64,000 nt of DNA from Fimbriimonadales bacterium (GCA_026003075.1 BPGO01000003.1:150025-214024), one strand, 5' to 3'; counted from the stretch's first letter, positions 9,396 through 18,690 are shown. A program made the numbers and translations. The notes: generated by a model not told the origin, from the letters alone.

Positions 9396-10625
9396 TCACC
9401 AACTCCTCCCTGCGCCGCCCCCACCCGAGCTGCCGCCGCCAAAACCACCCCCCGACGACCAGCCTCCAAAGCCACCGCCCGAGCTGCCGCCGCCAAAACC
9501 ACCCCCCGACGACCAGCCTCCAAAGCCACCGCCGATGAACCAGTCATCATCCCGACGGCGCGAGCGGTGCGAATGGCTCCAGTCGTAGTCCACGCGCTCT
9601 AATCGTGGGAGCCTGCGCTCTTTCTCCTCGCGGTAATCGCAACGGGGGTTTTTGCACCTGTACGAGACCAACTCCAATCCGCTGCAGGCGTAGGTCGGAG
9701 CGCGCACCAAGCGAGCGGTCTCCTGAACCGTGTAGCCCTCGCACTGGGGGCATCGGTGGTAGGTAGTGAGCAGGGCGACTTTGGGGTGGATTTCCAACAT
9801 CCCGCACTGCTCGCACTTCCATACTTGGTAGTTGACGCTGCCCAGTCGCTCCTCGGTGCGCTGTAGTTCGTTCAGGTACGCGTCGTCGGCTTGTTCATCG
9901 AGCAGCGACATCGGCTTGAGGCAAACGGGACACTTCGGTGGTCGTTCACGCAGCAAATAGGCAAGCAGTCCCACACCGCCGCCCAGCGCCAGCAACCCGG
10001 CGAGAGGCAGGGTGGGGTTAGGCGCGGGTCGAACGGGCGCGTACTCGTCTGTGGGCGTCGGAGCCACATAGGGGACTGTGGTCGTAGGCGGTTCGTAGGC
10101 TCCCGAAGACTGAGCCGCGCGAATGCGCTCCGCGATTGCCTCCACGCCAGCGATTATCCCACCCGCGATGTCGCCTCTGCGGAAACGCGGTACGACTACG
10201 GTGTCCAAAATCGCGCCCGCCACCGAGTCGGGAATAATCGCCTCCATCCCGTAGCCTGTTTCGATTTCCACACGCCGATCGCCCAGCGCAACCAGCATCA
10301 GCACGCCGTTGTCCGCATCGCGCTTGCCCACGCCCCACTGGTTGAACAGCTCGGTGGCGTACTCTTTCGGAGTAGCGCCTTGCGTGCGGCGCAGAATCAC
10401 CACGGCGACCTCCGCCCCCGTTTCACGCTCCAGGCTGCTAATGATGTGGTTCAGCTGCGCCTTCTGCTCCGCATTCAGCACGCCCGCCAGATCCACCACC
10501 CAACCCCCATCGGTCTCGCGCGGATTAGGAACCTGATCGAGGGGCTGCCCCCAACCGAGAAACCAGAGGCAACCAAGCCCTATCAACCACCGTCGCATGC
10601 TCATCTTCGCCTGTCCCCTCGCCAT
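9396..10625 (-). CDS. TPM (YgcG-like) domain protein with TM, Cys-rich double zinc-ribbon region and Gly-rich tail
   Basis: Signal peptide, then TPM core DLAGVLNAEQKAQLNHIISSLERETGAEVAVVILRRT...GVLMLVALGDRRVEIETGYG. A TM follows, then four CxxC-type pairs, then a GGGFGGWSSGGGFGGGSS tail. Confidence 0.8.
   Translation of the reverse strand: MARGQAKMSMRRWLIGLGCLWFLGWGQPLDQVPNPRETDGGWVVDLAGVLNAEQKAQLNHIISSLERETGAEVAVVILRRTQGATPKEYATELFNQWGVGKRDADNGVLMLVALGDRRVEIETGYGMEAIIPDSVAGAILDTVVVPRFRRGDIAGGIIAGVEAIAERIRAAQSSGAYEPPTTTVPYVAPTPTDEYAPVRPAPNPTLPLAGLLALGGGVGLLAYLLRERPPKCPVCLKPMSLLDEQADDAYLNELQRTEERLGSVNYQVWKCEQCGMLEIHPKVALLTTYHRCPQCEGYTVQETARLVRAPTYACSGLELVSYRCKNPRCDYREEKERRLPRLERVDYDWSHSHRSRRRDDDWFIGGGFGGWSSGGGFGGGSSGGGFGGWSSGGGFGGGSSGGGGAGRSW
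9424..9533 (-). repeat. Perfect 54-bp tandem duplication (2.04 copies) inside the TPM gene
   Basis: 9424-9477 equals 9478-9531 base for base. It encodes the duplicated GGGFGGWSSGGGFGGGSS tail. Confidence 0.9.
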
Positions 10626-10726
10626 GAGTCTACCCCGAGAAGCAACTCCCCACCATTTCCCTCCAAATCGGCAGGAGTCCCTCCAAGCCCCGCGAATCGT
10701 ACCTACAACATCTCGGGAGGTTTCGC

Positions 10727-13700
10727 ATGGAAGCAGGTTTTGTCCATCTACATCTACACACAGAATTTAGTTTGTTAGACGGGGCGACGCGCATCAAAGA
10801 GTTGGTCAAGCGAGTAGCGGATTTCAACATGCCCGCCGTCGCGATTTCAGACCATGGGGTGCTGTATGGCGCCATCGACTTTTACAACGCCTGCCAAGCC
10901 GCAGGGATAAAGCCCATCATCGGCTGCGAGGTATATCTCGCGTCGCGGAGCATCCACGATAAAACCAAGCAAGACCAGACCAGCTACCACCTGTTGCTGT
11001 TAGCCAAAGATGAAGTCGGCTACAAGAATTTGATTCGTCTCAGCACGATTGCGAATTTGGAGGGCTTCTACTACAAGCCGCGTGTGGATAAACAGATTCT
11101 GCGTGAGCATGCGCAGGGTCTGATTGCCACCTCGTCGTGTTTAGCAGGCGAGATCCCCGATGCCCTGCTCAAAAACGACTACGAGCGCGCCCGCCGCCTG
11201 CTGGAAGAGTATCTGGACATCTTCGGGCGTGAGAATTTTTATATTGAGCTGCAAGATCACGGACTGCCCGAACAGCGCAAGGTGAACGAGGGGCTACTCA
11301 AACTCGCCGAGCAATATCACTTGCCGCTGCTGGCGACCAACGACGCGCACTACCTGACCCGTGAAGACGCCGAGATGCACGATGTGCTGCTCTGTGTACA
11401 AACCGGCTCCACGCTGGATAAGCCTGACCGCCTGAAGTTCGGCACGCAGGAGTTCTATGTGAAATCCGCGCAGGAAATGGCGCAACTGTTCCCAGATTAT
11501 CCCGCCGCGCTCGCCAACACGCTCGAAGTGGCAGCACGCTGCAACCTGAATCTGGAGTTTGGGCGTGTGCAGCTCCCCGCGCCCGACCTGCCCGACGGCA
11601 AAACCGCCATGCAGCACCTACGCGATTTGTGCTATGAGGCGCTGCCGCGCCTCATTCCAAACTATAACGAAACCCATCTTCAGCGGTTGGAATACGAGCT
11701 CTCGGTCATTGAAACCACCGGGTTCGCGCCGTACTTTTTAATTGTGCGCGACTTTGCCCAGTTCGCGCGACGCGAGGGCATCTACTTCGGCGTGCGCGGC
11801 TCCGCAGCCGGCAGCTTCGTATCGTACTGCATCGGTATCACGGATATCGACCCCATCGAGTACGACCTGACCTTCGAGCGGTTCCTGAACCCCGAACGAA
11901 TTCAGATGCCCGATATCGATATGGACTTCGAAGACGCGCGGCGTGATTTAGTAATTAAATATGTGCGCGAGAAGTACGGGCACGATCGCGTGGCGCAGAT
12001 TATCACCTTCGGCACGCTTGCTGCAAAAGCCGCGCTGCGTGATGTCGCCCGTGTGATGAACATCACTCCCGCGCTGGTCGATCGCCTCGCGAAAGCCATC
12101 CCCACCCAGCCCGGCATAACCCTCGAGAAAGCGCTCACCATCGCCGAAGTCAAGCAAGAGTACGAACGCAACCCCGAAGCCCGCAAACTCATCGACATGG
12201 CGCGGAAGCTGGAAGGCATCACGCGCAACGCGAGCGTACACGCCGCCGGCGTGGTGATTTCCAAAGACCCGCTGACCGAACACGTGCCCCTTGCACGCTC
12301 TGCCGACGGCGAACCCGTGACGCAATACCATATGGGCGCGCTGGAGCAAATCGGGCTGCTGAAAATGGACTTTCTGGGGCTGTCAAACCTCTCCGCACTG
12401 GCGCAAACCGTAGCGAACATCAAACGCACGCGCGGTATCGACATCGATGTGCGCAACCTGCCTTTAGACGACGCCAAAACCTACGAGATGCTGGGGCGCG
12501 GCGACACCACCGGCGTCTTTCAGTTAGAAAGCGCAGGCATGCGCCGCTACATCCGCGAACTCCGCCCGCAGAATGTGCGCGAACTCGCCGCGATGGTCGC
12601 CCTGTACCGCCCCGGACCGATGGACCATATCCCCACCTACATCAACCGCAAACACGGACGCGAACCTATCGAGTATCCCCACCCGTGGCTGGAGCCGATT
12701 CTGAAAGAGACCTACGGCGTGATTGTGTATCAGGATCAGGTGCTGAAAGTGGTGCAGGCGTTGGCGGGCTTCTCACTGGGCAAGGCGGACATCCTGCGCC
12801 GCGCGATGGGCAAGAAGAAGCCCGAAGAGATGAAACGCATGCGCGCCGAGTTCGTAGCAGGGGCACAAGCGAAAGGCATCAGCGAAGAAGAGGCAAACCG
12901 CCTGTTCGACCTCATCGAACCGTTCGCGGGCTACGCCTTCAATAAAGCGCACGCCGTATGCTATGCCCATGTCGCCTATCAGACCGCCTACCTGAAAGCG
13001 AACTACCCCGTGGAGTATATGGCCGCGTTGATGGCGGTGTTCAAAGACAAAACCGACAAGATCACGAACTTCATCGACGAGTGCCAGACGATGGGCATTC
13101 GCGTCTTACCCCCCGACATCAACAAAAGCAGCGCGGGGTTCACGGTGGAGCCGTACTCCGAATCCGATACACTCCCACGCGGACGCCGCCGCGCTGCCAA
13201 AACGCAGTCGAACTTCGACCACGCCATCCGATTCGGGCTGGGCGCCATCAAGGGCATCGGTGAAGCCGCGGTGGAAGCGATCCTGAAAGAGCGCGAGGCG
13301 AACGGCGCGTTCGAAGACATCTTCGACTTCGCCGCACGCATGCAAGAGTCGGGCGCACTGAACCGCGCCACCCTGGAGGCGCTAATCCAAGCCGGCGCGT
13401 TCGAGTCGCTCCATCCGAACCGGGCGCAGCTGTTGAACGGGCTGGACGCCGTGCTGAGCTACGCGCAGTCGGTTGCCCGCGCTAAAGCAACGGGGCAGAA
13501 CTCGCTGTTTGACGGAGGCGGGGCAGAGGAGGTCGCCATCGCCAAGCCGCTGCTCGCGATGGTGGACGACTTCGACACGCGCCAAAAACTCGCCTTAGAA
13601 CGCGAGCTGCTGGGCGTGTATCTCTCCGATCACCCCATACGCCCCTACATGCGCATACTGTCGGGCAAGGCGACCCCCATCGCCCAAGCCGTCGAACGCG

Positions 13701-14224
13701 AAGGCACAACGCTCACCATCGGCGGCATCATCACCAGCGTGCAGACCCGTGTGTCCAAAAAGACCGGGGCAAAGATGGCGATTCTGCAACTGGAAGACCT
13801 CACCGGCGCCCTCCGAGTCACGGTGTTCGCCAATACCTACGAGCAGTACCGCGACGCGATTCAGAAAGACTGTGTGGTGCTGATTAAGGGCAAGCCGCAG
13901 ATGAGTGATTTTGGCAACCGCAACGGCGAAGGCAACGGCGCCGTCGAGTTCCGCGCCGAGCATATTGAACGGGTGCCCGAACCCACCGAAGTAGGCGATG
14001 CCCCGCAAGTTTATATCCGCTTGCCCTACTGTCGCCCCGAACAGCTGCGCCAGCTGCGTCAGATCCTGGAGCGGTATACAGGCGAGGCGGTCGTGCGAAT
14101 CGAGGTACCCCTCAACGGGCATACGCGTATCATGGAAGTGCCCCAACGCGTCGCACCGACACCGGACCTGCTGGCGATGGTGCAACGCATCCTTCCCCAC
14201 GCCCAAGCGGCGATAATGAACTAA
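10727..14224 (+). CDS. dnaE: DNA polymerase III alpha subunit
   Basis: 1165 aa. N-terminal PHP domain FVHLHLHTEFSLLDGA, polymerase core (GIYFGVRGSAAGSFVSYCIGITDIDP) and a C-terminal OB fold. Confidence 0.95.
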   Translation: MEAGFVHLHLHTEFSLLDGATRIKELVKRVADFNMPAVAISDHGVLYGAIDFYNACQAAGIKPIIGCEVYLASRSIHDKTKQDQTSYHLLLLAKDEVGYKNLIRLSTIANLEGFYYKPRVDKQILREHAQGLIATSSCLAGEIPDALLKNDYERARRLLEEYLDIFGRENFYIELQDHGLPEQRKVNEGLLKLAEQYHLPLLATNDAHYLTREDAEMHDVLLCVQTGSTLDKPDRLKFGTQEFYVKSAQEMAQLFPDYPAALANTLEVAARCNLNLEFGRVQLPAPDLPDGKTAMQHLRDLCYEALPRLIPNYNETHLQRLEYELSVIETTGFAPYFLIVRDFAQFARREGIYFGVRGSAAGSFVSYCIGITDIDPIEYDLTFERFLNPERIQMPDIDMDFEDARRDLVIKYVREKYGHDRVAQIITFGTLAAKAALRDVARVMNITPALVDRLAKAIPTQPGITLEKALTIAEVKQEYERNPEARKLIDMARKLEGITRNASVHAAGVVISKDPLTEHVPLARSADGEPVTQYHMGALEQIGLLKMDFLGLSNLSALAQTVANIKRTRGIDIDVRNLPLDDAKTYEMLGRGDTTGVFQLESAGMRRYIRELRPQNVRELAAMVALYRPGPMDHIPTYINRKHGREPIEYPHPWLEPILKETYGVIVYQDQVLKVVQALAGFSLGKADILRRAMGKKKPEEMKRMRAEFVAGAQAKGISEEEANRLFDLIEPFAGYAFNKAHAVCYAHVAYQTAYLKANYPVEYMAALMAVFKDKTDKITNFIDECQTMGIRVLPPDINKSSAGFTVEPYSESDTLPRGRRRAAKTQSNFDHAIRFGLGAIKGIGEAAVEAILKEREANGAFEDIFDFAARMQESGALNRATLEALIQAGAFESLHPNRAQLLNGLDAVLSYAQSVARAKATGQNSLFDGGGAEEVAIAKPLLAMVDDFDTRQKLALERELLGVYLSDHPIRPYMRILSGKATPIAQAVEREGTTLTIGGIITSVQTRVSKKTGAKMAILQLEDLTGALRVTVFANTYEQYRDAIQKDCVVLIKGKPQMSDFGNRNGEGNGAVEFRAEHIERVPEPTEVGDAPQVYIRLPYCRPEQLRQLRQILERYTGEAVVRIEVPLNGHTRIMEVPQRVAPTPDLLAMVQRILPHAQAAIMN

Positions 14225-14327
14225 TTAAGTGATTTGCCCCGTACAGTCAGAATGACTCATCGGGTCGCCGAGGGCGTGTCGGCAGGTGCCTCCGCGTACC
14301 GCGTGGTGTATCGGGAAGCTATCAGGG

Positions 14328-14333
14328 TACAAT
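14328..14333 (+). promoter_or_regulatory. -10 box for the 14343 gene (leaderless geometry)
   Basis: GGGTACAAT, then 9 nt, then ATG 14343. Confidence 0.5.
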
Positions 14334-14342
14334 ATTTGCTTG

Positions 14343-15854
14343 ATGGCAATTCGCGTCAGGTTGGGGCAGGACGAGGTGCAAGTAGAACCGGGCGGTTCAG
14401 CGCAGCTTGTGGCGTTGGTGCGCAACGAGAGTGATACGCCCGACCAAGTCGCGCTGGAGGTCGAGGGGATCGACGCCGAATGGTGCGCTATCCCGATCCC
14501 CTCCTTTCAGGTGGCGCCCGGCGAGGAGGTACAGGAACGGATTCTCATCCGCCCGCCCCGCAGCACCGAGAGCCGTGCAGGAACCTATCCGATTCTGGTG
14601 CGTGCCCGGTCGTTAGAGAACGGCAGCTCGGGCGTGGCGCAAGCGAGCCTGATCATCCGCCCCTATAGCATGCTGACGCTGGAAATTGCCCCCAAGCGCG
14701 CGATCGCCACCCCGCTGCGCAAGCGCGTGCCTTACGAGTTGACGATTTCGAACTTCGGCAACACGGAACAGACGGTACAACTGCACGCTTCCGACCCCGA
14801 AGACGAGTTGGTGTTCGAATTGGAACGCGAACGCACACCGCTTGCGCCGGGCGAGACGCAAAGTGTGCTCTTGTATGCGCAACCGCGGCGCTTGCCCCTT
14901 TTGGCGAACCCTGCACTGTTTAGTTTCACGGCGACCGCGCGGAGCGTGGAAGACCCTCTGCGCTCGTCTTCCGCCCAAGCGCAACTGGAACGGCGCGGCA
15001 TGGTCAGCCCGCTCGTGCTGGGGTTCCTCGCTGTGTTGGGATTGCTGCTGGCGTTGTGGATCTACACCCGCCCCTTGCCTGTCGAAATCGTCGAGTTCAC
15101 TGCCCAGCCTGCCCAGATTACCACAGGCGAGACAACCACCCTCCGCTGGGTGGTGCGCAACGCCGATAAAGTGCTGATCGAACCGGCGTTGGGCGAATTT
15201 GATCCGACAACAACCAGCTCGGTGCAGGCGCAGCCGAATACCACAACCACCTATCGCCTCATCGCCCGCAACCGCTACGGCGAGCAGATGCGCGAGGTCG
15301 TCGTCATCGTCCAAAACGCGCCCGAACCGCCCGCGCCTGTCATCAGCAAGTTCTACGCCGAACCGCCCCAAATCAAGCGTGGGGAAAGCGTCCTCCTGCG
15401 CTGGGAAGTGCAAAACGCCTCGGAACTCATCCTAACCCCGCCCGGGGGGCTTAAGTTAGACCCCGCGATGCCCGGCTACGAGCATCGCCCCTCCCGCACG
15501 ACCGAATATGAGCTGATCGCCCGCAACGCCGCCGGGAAGTCGGTGAGCAAAAAAATCAAGGTCGAAGTGATTGATCCCTCGCAAGCGCAAATTGTCAGTT
15601 TCACCGGTCAACCTGAGACAATTCAAGCGGGCGAGAGCGTGACCCTCCGCTGGGAACTGTTCAACGCGGTGCGCGCCGAAATCGACAACGGCATCGGACG
15701 CATCGACCCGAAACAGGGCGAACTCACCGTGACCCCGCTGACCACGACCACCTACACCCTGACCGCTTACGACAGCGAGGGGCGACCCGTGCAGGCGAAG
15801 GTCACCGTGCGTGTGGAAACGGTTCAGGAGACCCCATCCCCAGGATCGCCCTGA
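14343..15854 (+). CDS. Hypothetical membrane protein with two N-terminal Ig/CARDB-like segments, one TM and three C-terminal ~84-aa Ig-like repeats
   Basis: Start set at ATG 14343 (MAIRVRLGQDEVQV) because GGGTACAAT ends 9 nt upstream. TM is SPLVLGFLAVLGLLLALWIY. The three tandem repeats share the pattern I..F.a.P..I..GE...LRW.v.NA. Confidence 0.6.
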   Translation: MAIRVRLGQDEVQVEPGGSAQLVALVRNESDTPDQVALEVEGIDAEWCAIPIPSFQVAPGEEVQERILIRPPRSTESRAGTYPILVRARSLENGSSGVAQASLIIRPYSMLTLEIAPKRAIATPLRKRVPYELTISNFGNTEQTVQLHASDPEDELVFELERERTPLAPGETQSVLLYAQPRRLPLLANPALFSFTATARSVEDPLRSSSAQAQLERRGMVSPLVLGFLAVLGLLLALWIYTRPLPVEIVEFTAQPAQITTGETTTLRWVVRNADKVLIEPALGEFDPTTTSSVQAQPNTTTTYRLIARNRYGEQMREVVVIVQNAPEPPAPVISKFYAEPPQIKRGESVLLRWEVQNASELILTPPGGLKLDPAMPGYEHRPSRTTEYELIARNAAGKSVSKKIKVEVIDPSQAQIVSFTGQPETIQAGESVTLRWELFNAVRAEIDNGIGRIDPKQGELTVTPLTTTTYTLTAYDSEGRPVQAKVTVRVETVQETPSPGSP

Positions 15855-16444
15855 ACCAATTGGCGCATCCGTCGGCGCGCCTTGCGTTTGATCCGTGCGA
15901 GCGCGTTGTCCACCGCTTTAGGCGAGCAACCCAACTGCGCCGCAATCTCGCGGTAGCTCAGCTGCTGATGATATAGCGCGACCACCTTCGATTCCAGGGG
16001 ACTAAGCCGCGCCTCCAAAAACTCGCGCCGCTGCTGCGCGGATTCCAACTCCACCAGCTGACTGAACAGATCCTGATTCGGATCCGGTAGCTCTTCCAGC
16101 CATCGCCGATTGTCCTCCTCGCTTTCTGAGAGACTCAATACAGGCACGCAAAGGCGTTGCATCCGTTTTATCTCCGACAAAATCTGCCGACGAATACACA
16201 CCCGTGCAAACGCCGCGAAACCCGCGTTGCGTTTCGGGTCATAGTACAACACGGCACGCCAAAGCCCAATAAAGGCTATCTGGCTAATATCTTCGGGGTC
16301 ACAGTTCGGTAAATAGAATCGCCCCGCGACGCTCTGCACCAACGGACGGAACAGCGTCATCACCTGCTCCGCCGCCTGTTCGTCCCCCTGCTGCGCCCGC
16401 AACACCAGCTCGTTTGTCGCCTGATAATCACAAAACCCTGCCAT
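15824..16444 (-). CDS. RNA polymerase sigma-70 family factor, SigH-like architecture
   Basis: Region 2 (EDISQIAFIGLWRAVLYYDPKRNAGFAAFARVCIRRQI) and a region 4 HTH (LSPLESKVVALYHQQLSYREIAAQLGCSPKAVDNALARIKRKARR). Confidence 0.8.
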   Translation of the reverse strand: MAGFCDYQATNELVLRAQQGDEQAAEQVMTLFRPLVQSVAGRFYLPNCDPEDISQIAFIGLWRAVLYYDPKRNAGFAAFARVCIRRQILSEIKRMQRLCVPVLSLSESEEDNRRWLEELPDPNQDLFSQLVELESAQQRREFLEARLSPLESKVVALYHQQLSYREIAAQLGCSPKAVDNALARIKRKARRRMRQLVQGDPGDGVS

Positions 16445-16461
16445 AGGCGATCACCACCCCT

Positions 16462-16467
16462 ATTATA
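16462..16467 (-). promoter_or_regulatory. -10 box, sigma factor gene
   Basis: Minus strand GGGCTATAAT, 17 nt before ATG 16444. Confidence 0.45.
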
Positions 16468-16571
16468 GCCCAGTTTTCGACAGTGAGGAGCGCAATTAGC
16501 AGGAAAACGGTATCTTTCCGCAAAATACCGCCTCTACCCTAAGTAAATTTCCCAGTTTCATAGGATAAAGG

Positions 16572-16601
16572 TTGCGTGGGGTTCCCAGAATAGGCTATAA
16601 T
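16572..16601 (+). promoter_or_regulatory. Classical sigma-70-type promoter (TTGCGT-N18-TATAAT) in the 277-nt sigma/GNAT intergenic region
   Basis: -35 at 16572-16577 and -10 at 16596-16601. It would give a ~115-nt leader for the GNAT-like gene or an independent short transcript. Confidence 0.35.
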
Positions 16602-16683
16602 AGATAGGCATAGGCAGGCTGCAAAAAGCCACACCGACCTGATGCGATCGCTTATTCCTGTTCTCGCCTTGAATGCACAGAGG

Positions 16684-16689
16684 TACACC
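16684..16689 (+). promoter_or_regulatory. Alternative -10 box for the GNAT-like gene
   Basis: AGGTACACC, 32 nt before ATG 16722, with SD GGAGG in between. Confidence 0.35.
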
Positions 16690-16721
16690 ATTCCTTCTAT
16701 ACTCTTTACACGGAGGTCGCT

Positions 16722-17423
16722 ATGATACCGGTGGGCTTGTTCTCAGTAAGGCAGGCAGAGGAAGCCGATCTGGAGCGGATTGTGCAGTTAGACCAGCTCT
16801 TTGGGACTGTTGCGCTCACACGCGATTACTTCGAAGCGTGGCTTCGTCATCATCCGCAGGGATTTTTAGTGGCTGAATACGACGGGCGCATCTACGGCTA
16901 TAGTATGGTCATCTACCTGCACCAGCACCAGATACACGAAAACTGGCTCCTTGACACGGGCGGGGGCACATGCAGCACGCACTCGCCGTTGGGCGAATAT
17001 CTCTATGCGGTCAGTATCGCCTCGCAAAAGCAGGAGGCGGCGCGCGCCTTGTTTATCGCCAGTCGGCGCACTTTTATTCGCTCGCATGTCTATCAGACGG
17101 TCATCTTCGGCAGATTGCCCCGATTCCGCAAATGGGTCGAGTCGCAGGGCTATTGTCCCGAAACCCTCACACGCGACCAAAAACAACGGCTGTTGAATAT
17201 TTATGTAAACACTTTACACGACCCGTATCAGGTGTTTTATGAGGGAATGAATTTCATGGCAGAATACGGCGTCGTGGACTATCTGGAGGGCGATGCGGAC
17301 TCACTGGACTGCGCCTTGAAACTGGTCTGGCGCAATCCGTACTATCGTCCCTTGTATCGAGACCGTGCGGTTGTGGAAGTCGCACCCGATCAGGCAGTGA
17401 CGTCCGTAGGGTTGTCCAAATAA
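16722..17423 (+). CDS. Putative GNAT-type acetyltransferase-like protein
   Basis: The N-terminus VRQAEEADLERIVQLD...FLVAEYDGRIYGYSMV resembles the GNAT beta1-beta4 region. SD GGAGG lies 5 nt before the ATG. The assignment is weak. Confidence 0.45.
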   Translation: MIPVGLFSVRQAEEADLERIVQLDQLFGTVALTRDYFEAWLRHHPQGFLVAEYDGRIYGYSMVIYLHQHQIHENWLLDTGGGTCSTHSPLGEYLYAVSIASQKQEAARALFIASRRTFIRSHVYQTVIFGRLPRFRKWVESQGYCPETLTRDQKQRLLNIYVNTLHDPYQVFYEGMNFMAEYGVVDYLEGDADSLDCALKLVWRNPYYRPLYRDRAVVEVAPDQAVTSVGLSK

Positions 17424-17482
17424 CACGCCGCGTGAGCGAGAGTTCTGTCCGCCGAGCCGCCGCGACGAGAGGACTCCTCTGG

Positions 17483-17488
17483 TACACT
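17483..17488 (+). promoter_or_regulatory. -10 box for wecB (leaderless geometry)
   Basis: TGGTACACT, then 8 nt, then ATG 17497. Confidence 0.5.
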
Positions 17489-17496
17489 CTATCCTG

Positions 17497-18621
17497 ATGA
17501 GAAACCCGATTCGCGTGGCGGTGGTGTGCGGCACGCGCCCCGATGCCATCAAAATGGCGCCTGTCGTGCGTGCCTTGCGCCAGCATGAAAGGTTCGAAGT
17601 GCGCCTGATCGCAACGGGGCAGCACCGTGAAATGCTCGACCAAGTGCTGCGCCTGTTTGGGCTGCGTCCCGATGCCGACCTCAACATCATGACCGCTCAC
17701 CAGACCCTCACCGAGATCACCCTGCGTGCATTGGAGGGACTGGATCGGCTGCTGCGCGAGTCTCCAGTGGATGTCGTGCTGGCGCAGGGCGATACCACGA
17801 CCACCTTCGTCGCCGCGCTTGCGGCGTTCTATCATAAAATCCCGTTCGGGCATGTGGAGGCAGGGCTACGCACTTACGACAAGTACCAGCCGTTCCCAGA
17901 GGAGATGAACCGTCGGCTCACCGCGCCGATTGCGGAGTTCCATTTTGCGCCGACGGAGACCGCCCGACGAAACCTCCTTCAGGAGCATATCCCCGCCGAG
18001 CGCATCTGGGTCACGGGCAACACGGGCATCGATGCGGTGCTATGGGTGGCGAATCAGCCTTACGAGGCGGACGACCCGATGCTCCAGCGCGCGTTGGCGC
18101 ACACGGGCAGGCTGATTTTGCTCACCACCCACCGACGGGAGAACTGGGGCGCACCGATGGCGAACATCGCCCGCGCCGCACGCACCCTGCTCGACCGCTT
18201 TGACGACCTGATCTTACTGTTGCCGATGCATCGGAACCCGCGTGTGCGTGAGACGCTCCTCGAGATTTTGGGCGATCATCCGCGTGCGTTGCTGACGGAA
18301 CCGCTTGACTACGCACCGTTCGTGCATGCGATGCGCCGCGCCGACCTCATCCTGACCGATTCGGGCGGCGTGCAGGAAGAAGCGCCCGCTTTCGGCAAAC
18401 CGATTCTGGTGCTGCGCTCCACGACAGAACGTCCCGAAGGCGTTGAAGCAGGCGCAGCGAAATTGGTCGGTACCGATACGGAACGCATCGTGGCGGAAGC
18501 GACACGCCTGCTTACCGACCCCGACGCTTATGCCCAAATGGCGCGTGCTGTTAACCCCTACGGCGACGGGCACGCCGCCGAACGCATCCGCGACATCCTC
18601 TGGCAAGAACGGCTGCGTTGA
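17497..18621 (+). CDS. wecB: UDP-N-acetylglucosamine 2-epimerase (non-hydrolysing)
   Basis: IRVAVVCGTRPDAIKMAPVV, HVEAGLRTYDKYQPFPEEMNRRL and DSGGVQEEAPAFGKPILVLR are family hallmarks. Confidence 0.9.
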   Translation: MRNPIRVAVVCGTRPDAIKMAPVVRALRQHERFEVRLIATGQHREMLDQVLRLFGLRPDADLNIMTAHQTLTEITLRALEGLDRLLRESPVDVVLAQGDTTTTFVAALAAFYHKIPFGHVEAGLRTYDKYQPFPEEMNRRLTAPIAEFHFAPTETARRNLLQEHIPAERIWVTGNTGIDAVLWVANQPYEADDPMLQRALAHTGRLILLTTHRRENWGAPMANIARAARTLLDRFDDLILLLPMHRNPRVRETLLEILGDHPRALLTEPLDYAPFVHAMRRADLILTDSGGVQEEAPAFGKPILVLRSTTERPEGVEAGAAKLVGTDTERIVAEATRLLTDPDAYAQMARAVNPYGDGHAAERIRDILWQERLR

Positions 18622-18690
18622 CCCACGGTCAAAACGCCCTAAAAAGCACAGGCGCTCACCCCACCTCGAAATTACCCGAGTTGAGGAGGG

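Noticed and set aside
9424-9533. Possible CRISPR-like direct repeats (also 29411-29500)
   Set aside because: The copies are contiguous with no spacers, in frame inside CDSs, and encode Gly-rich or G/T/E low-complexity peptides. No cas genes are anywhere in the window.
16590-16620. Short ATAGGC direct repeats (aATAGGCtataatagATAGGCATAGGCaggc) as a possible operator around the 16596 TATAAT
   Set aside because: There are only three 6-mers in an AT-rich spacer. That is too short to distinguish from chance without comparative data, so it is mentioned only for completeness.
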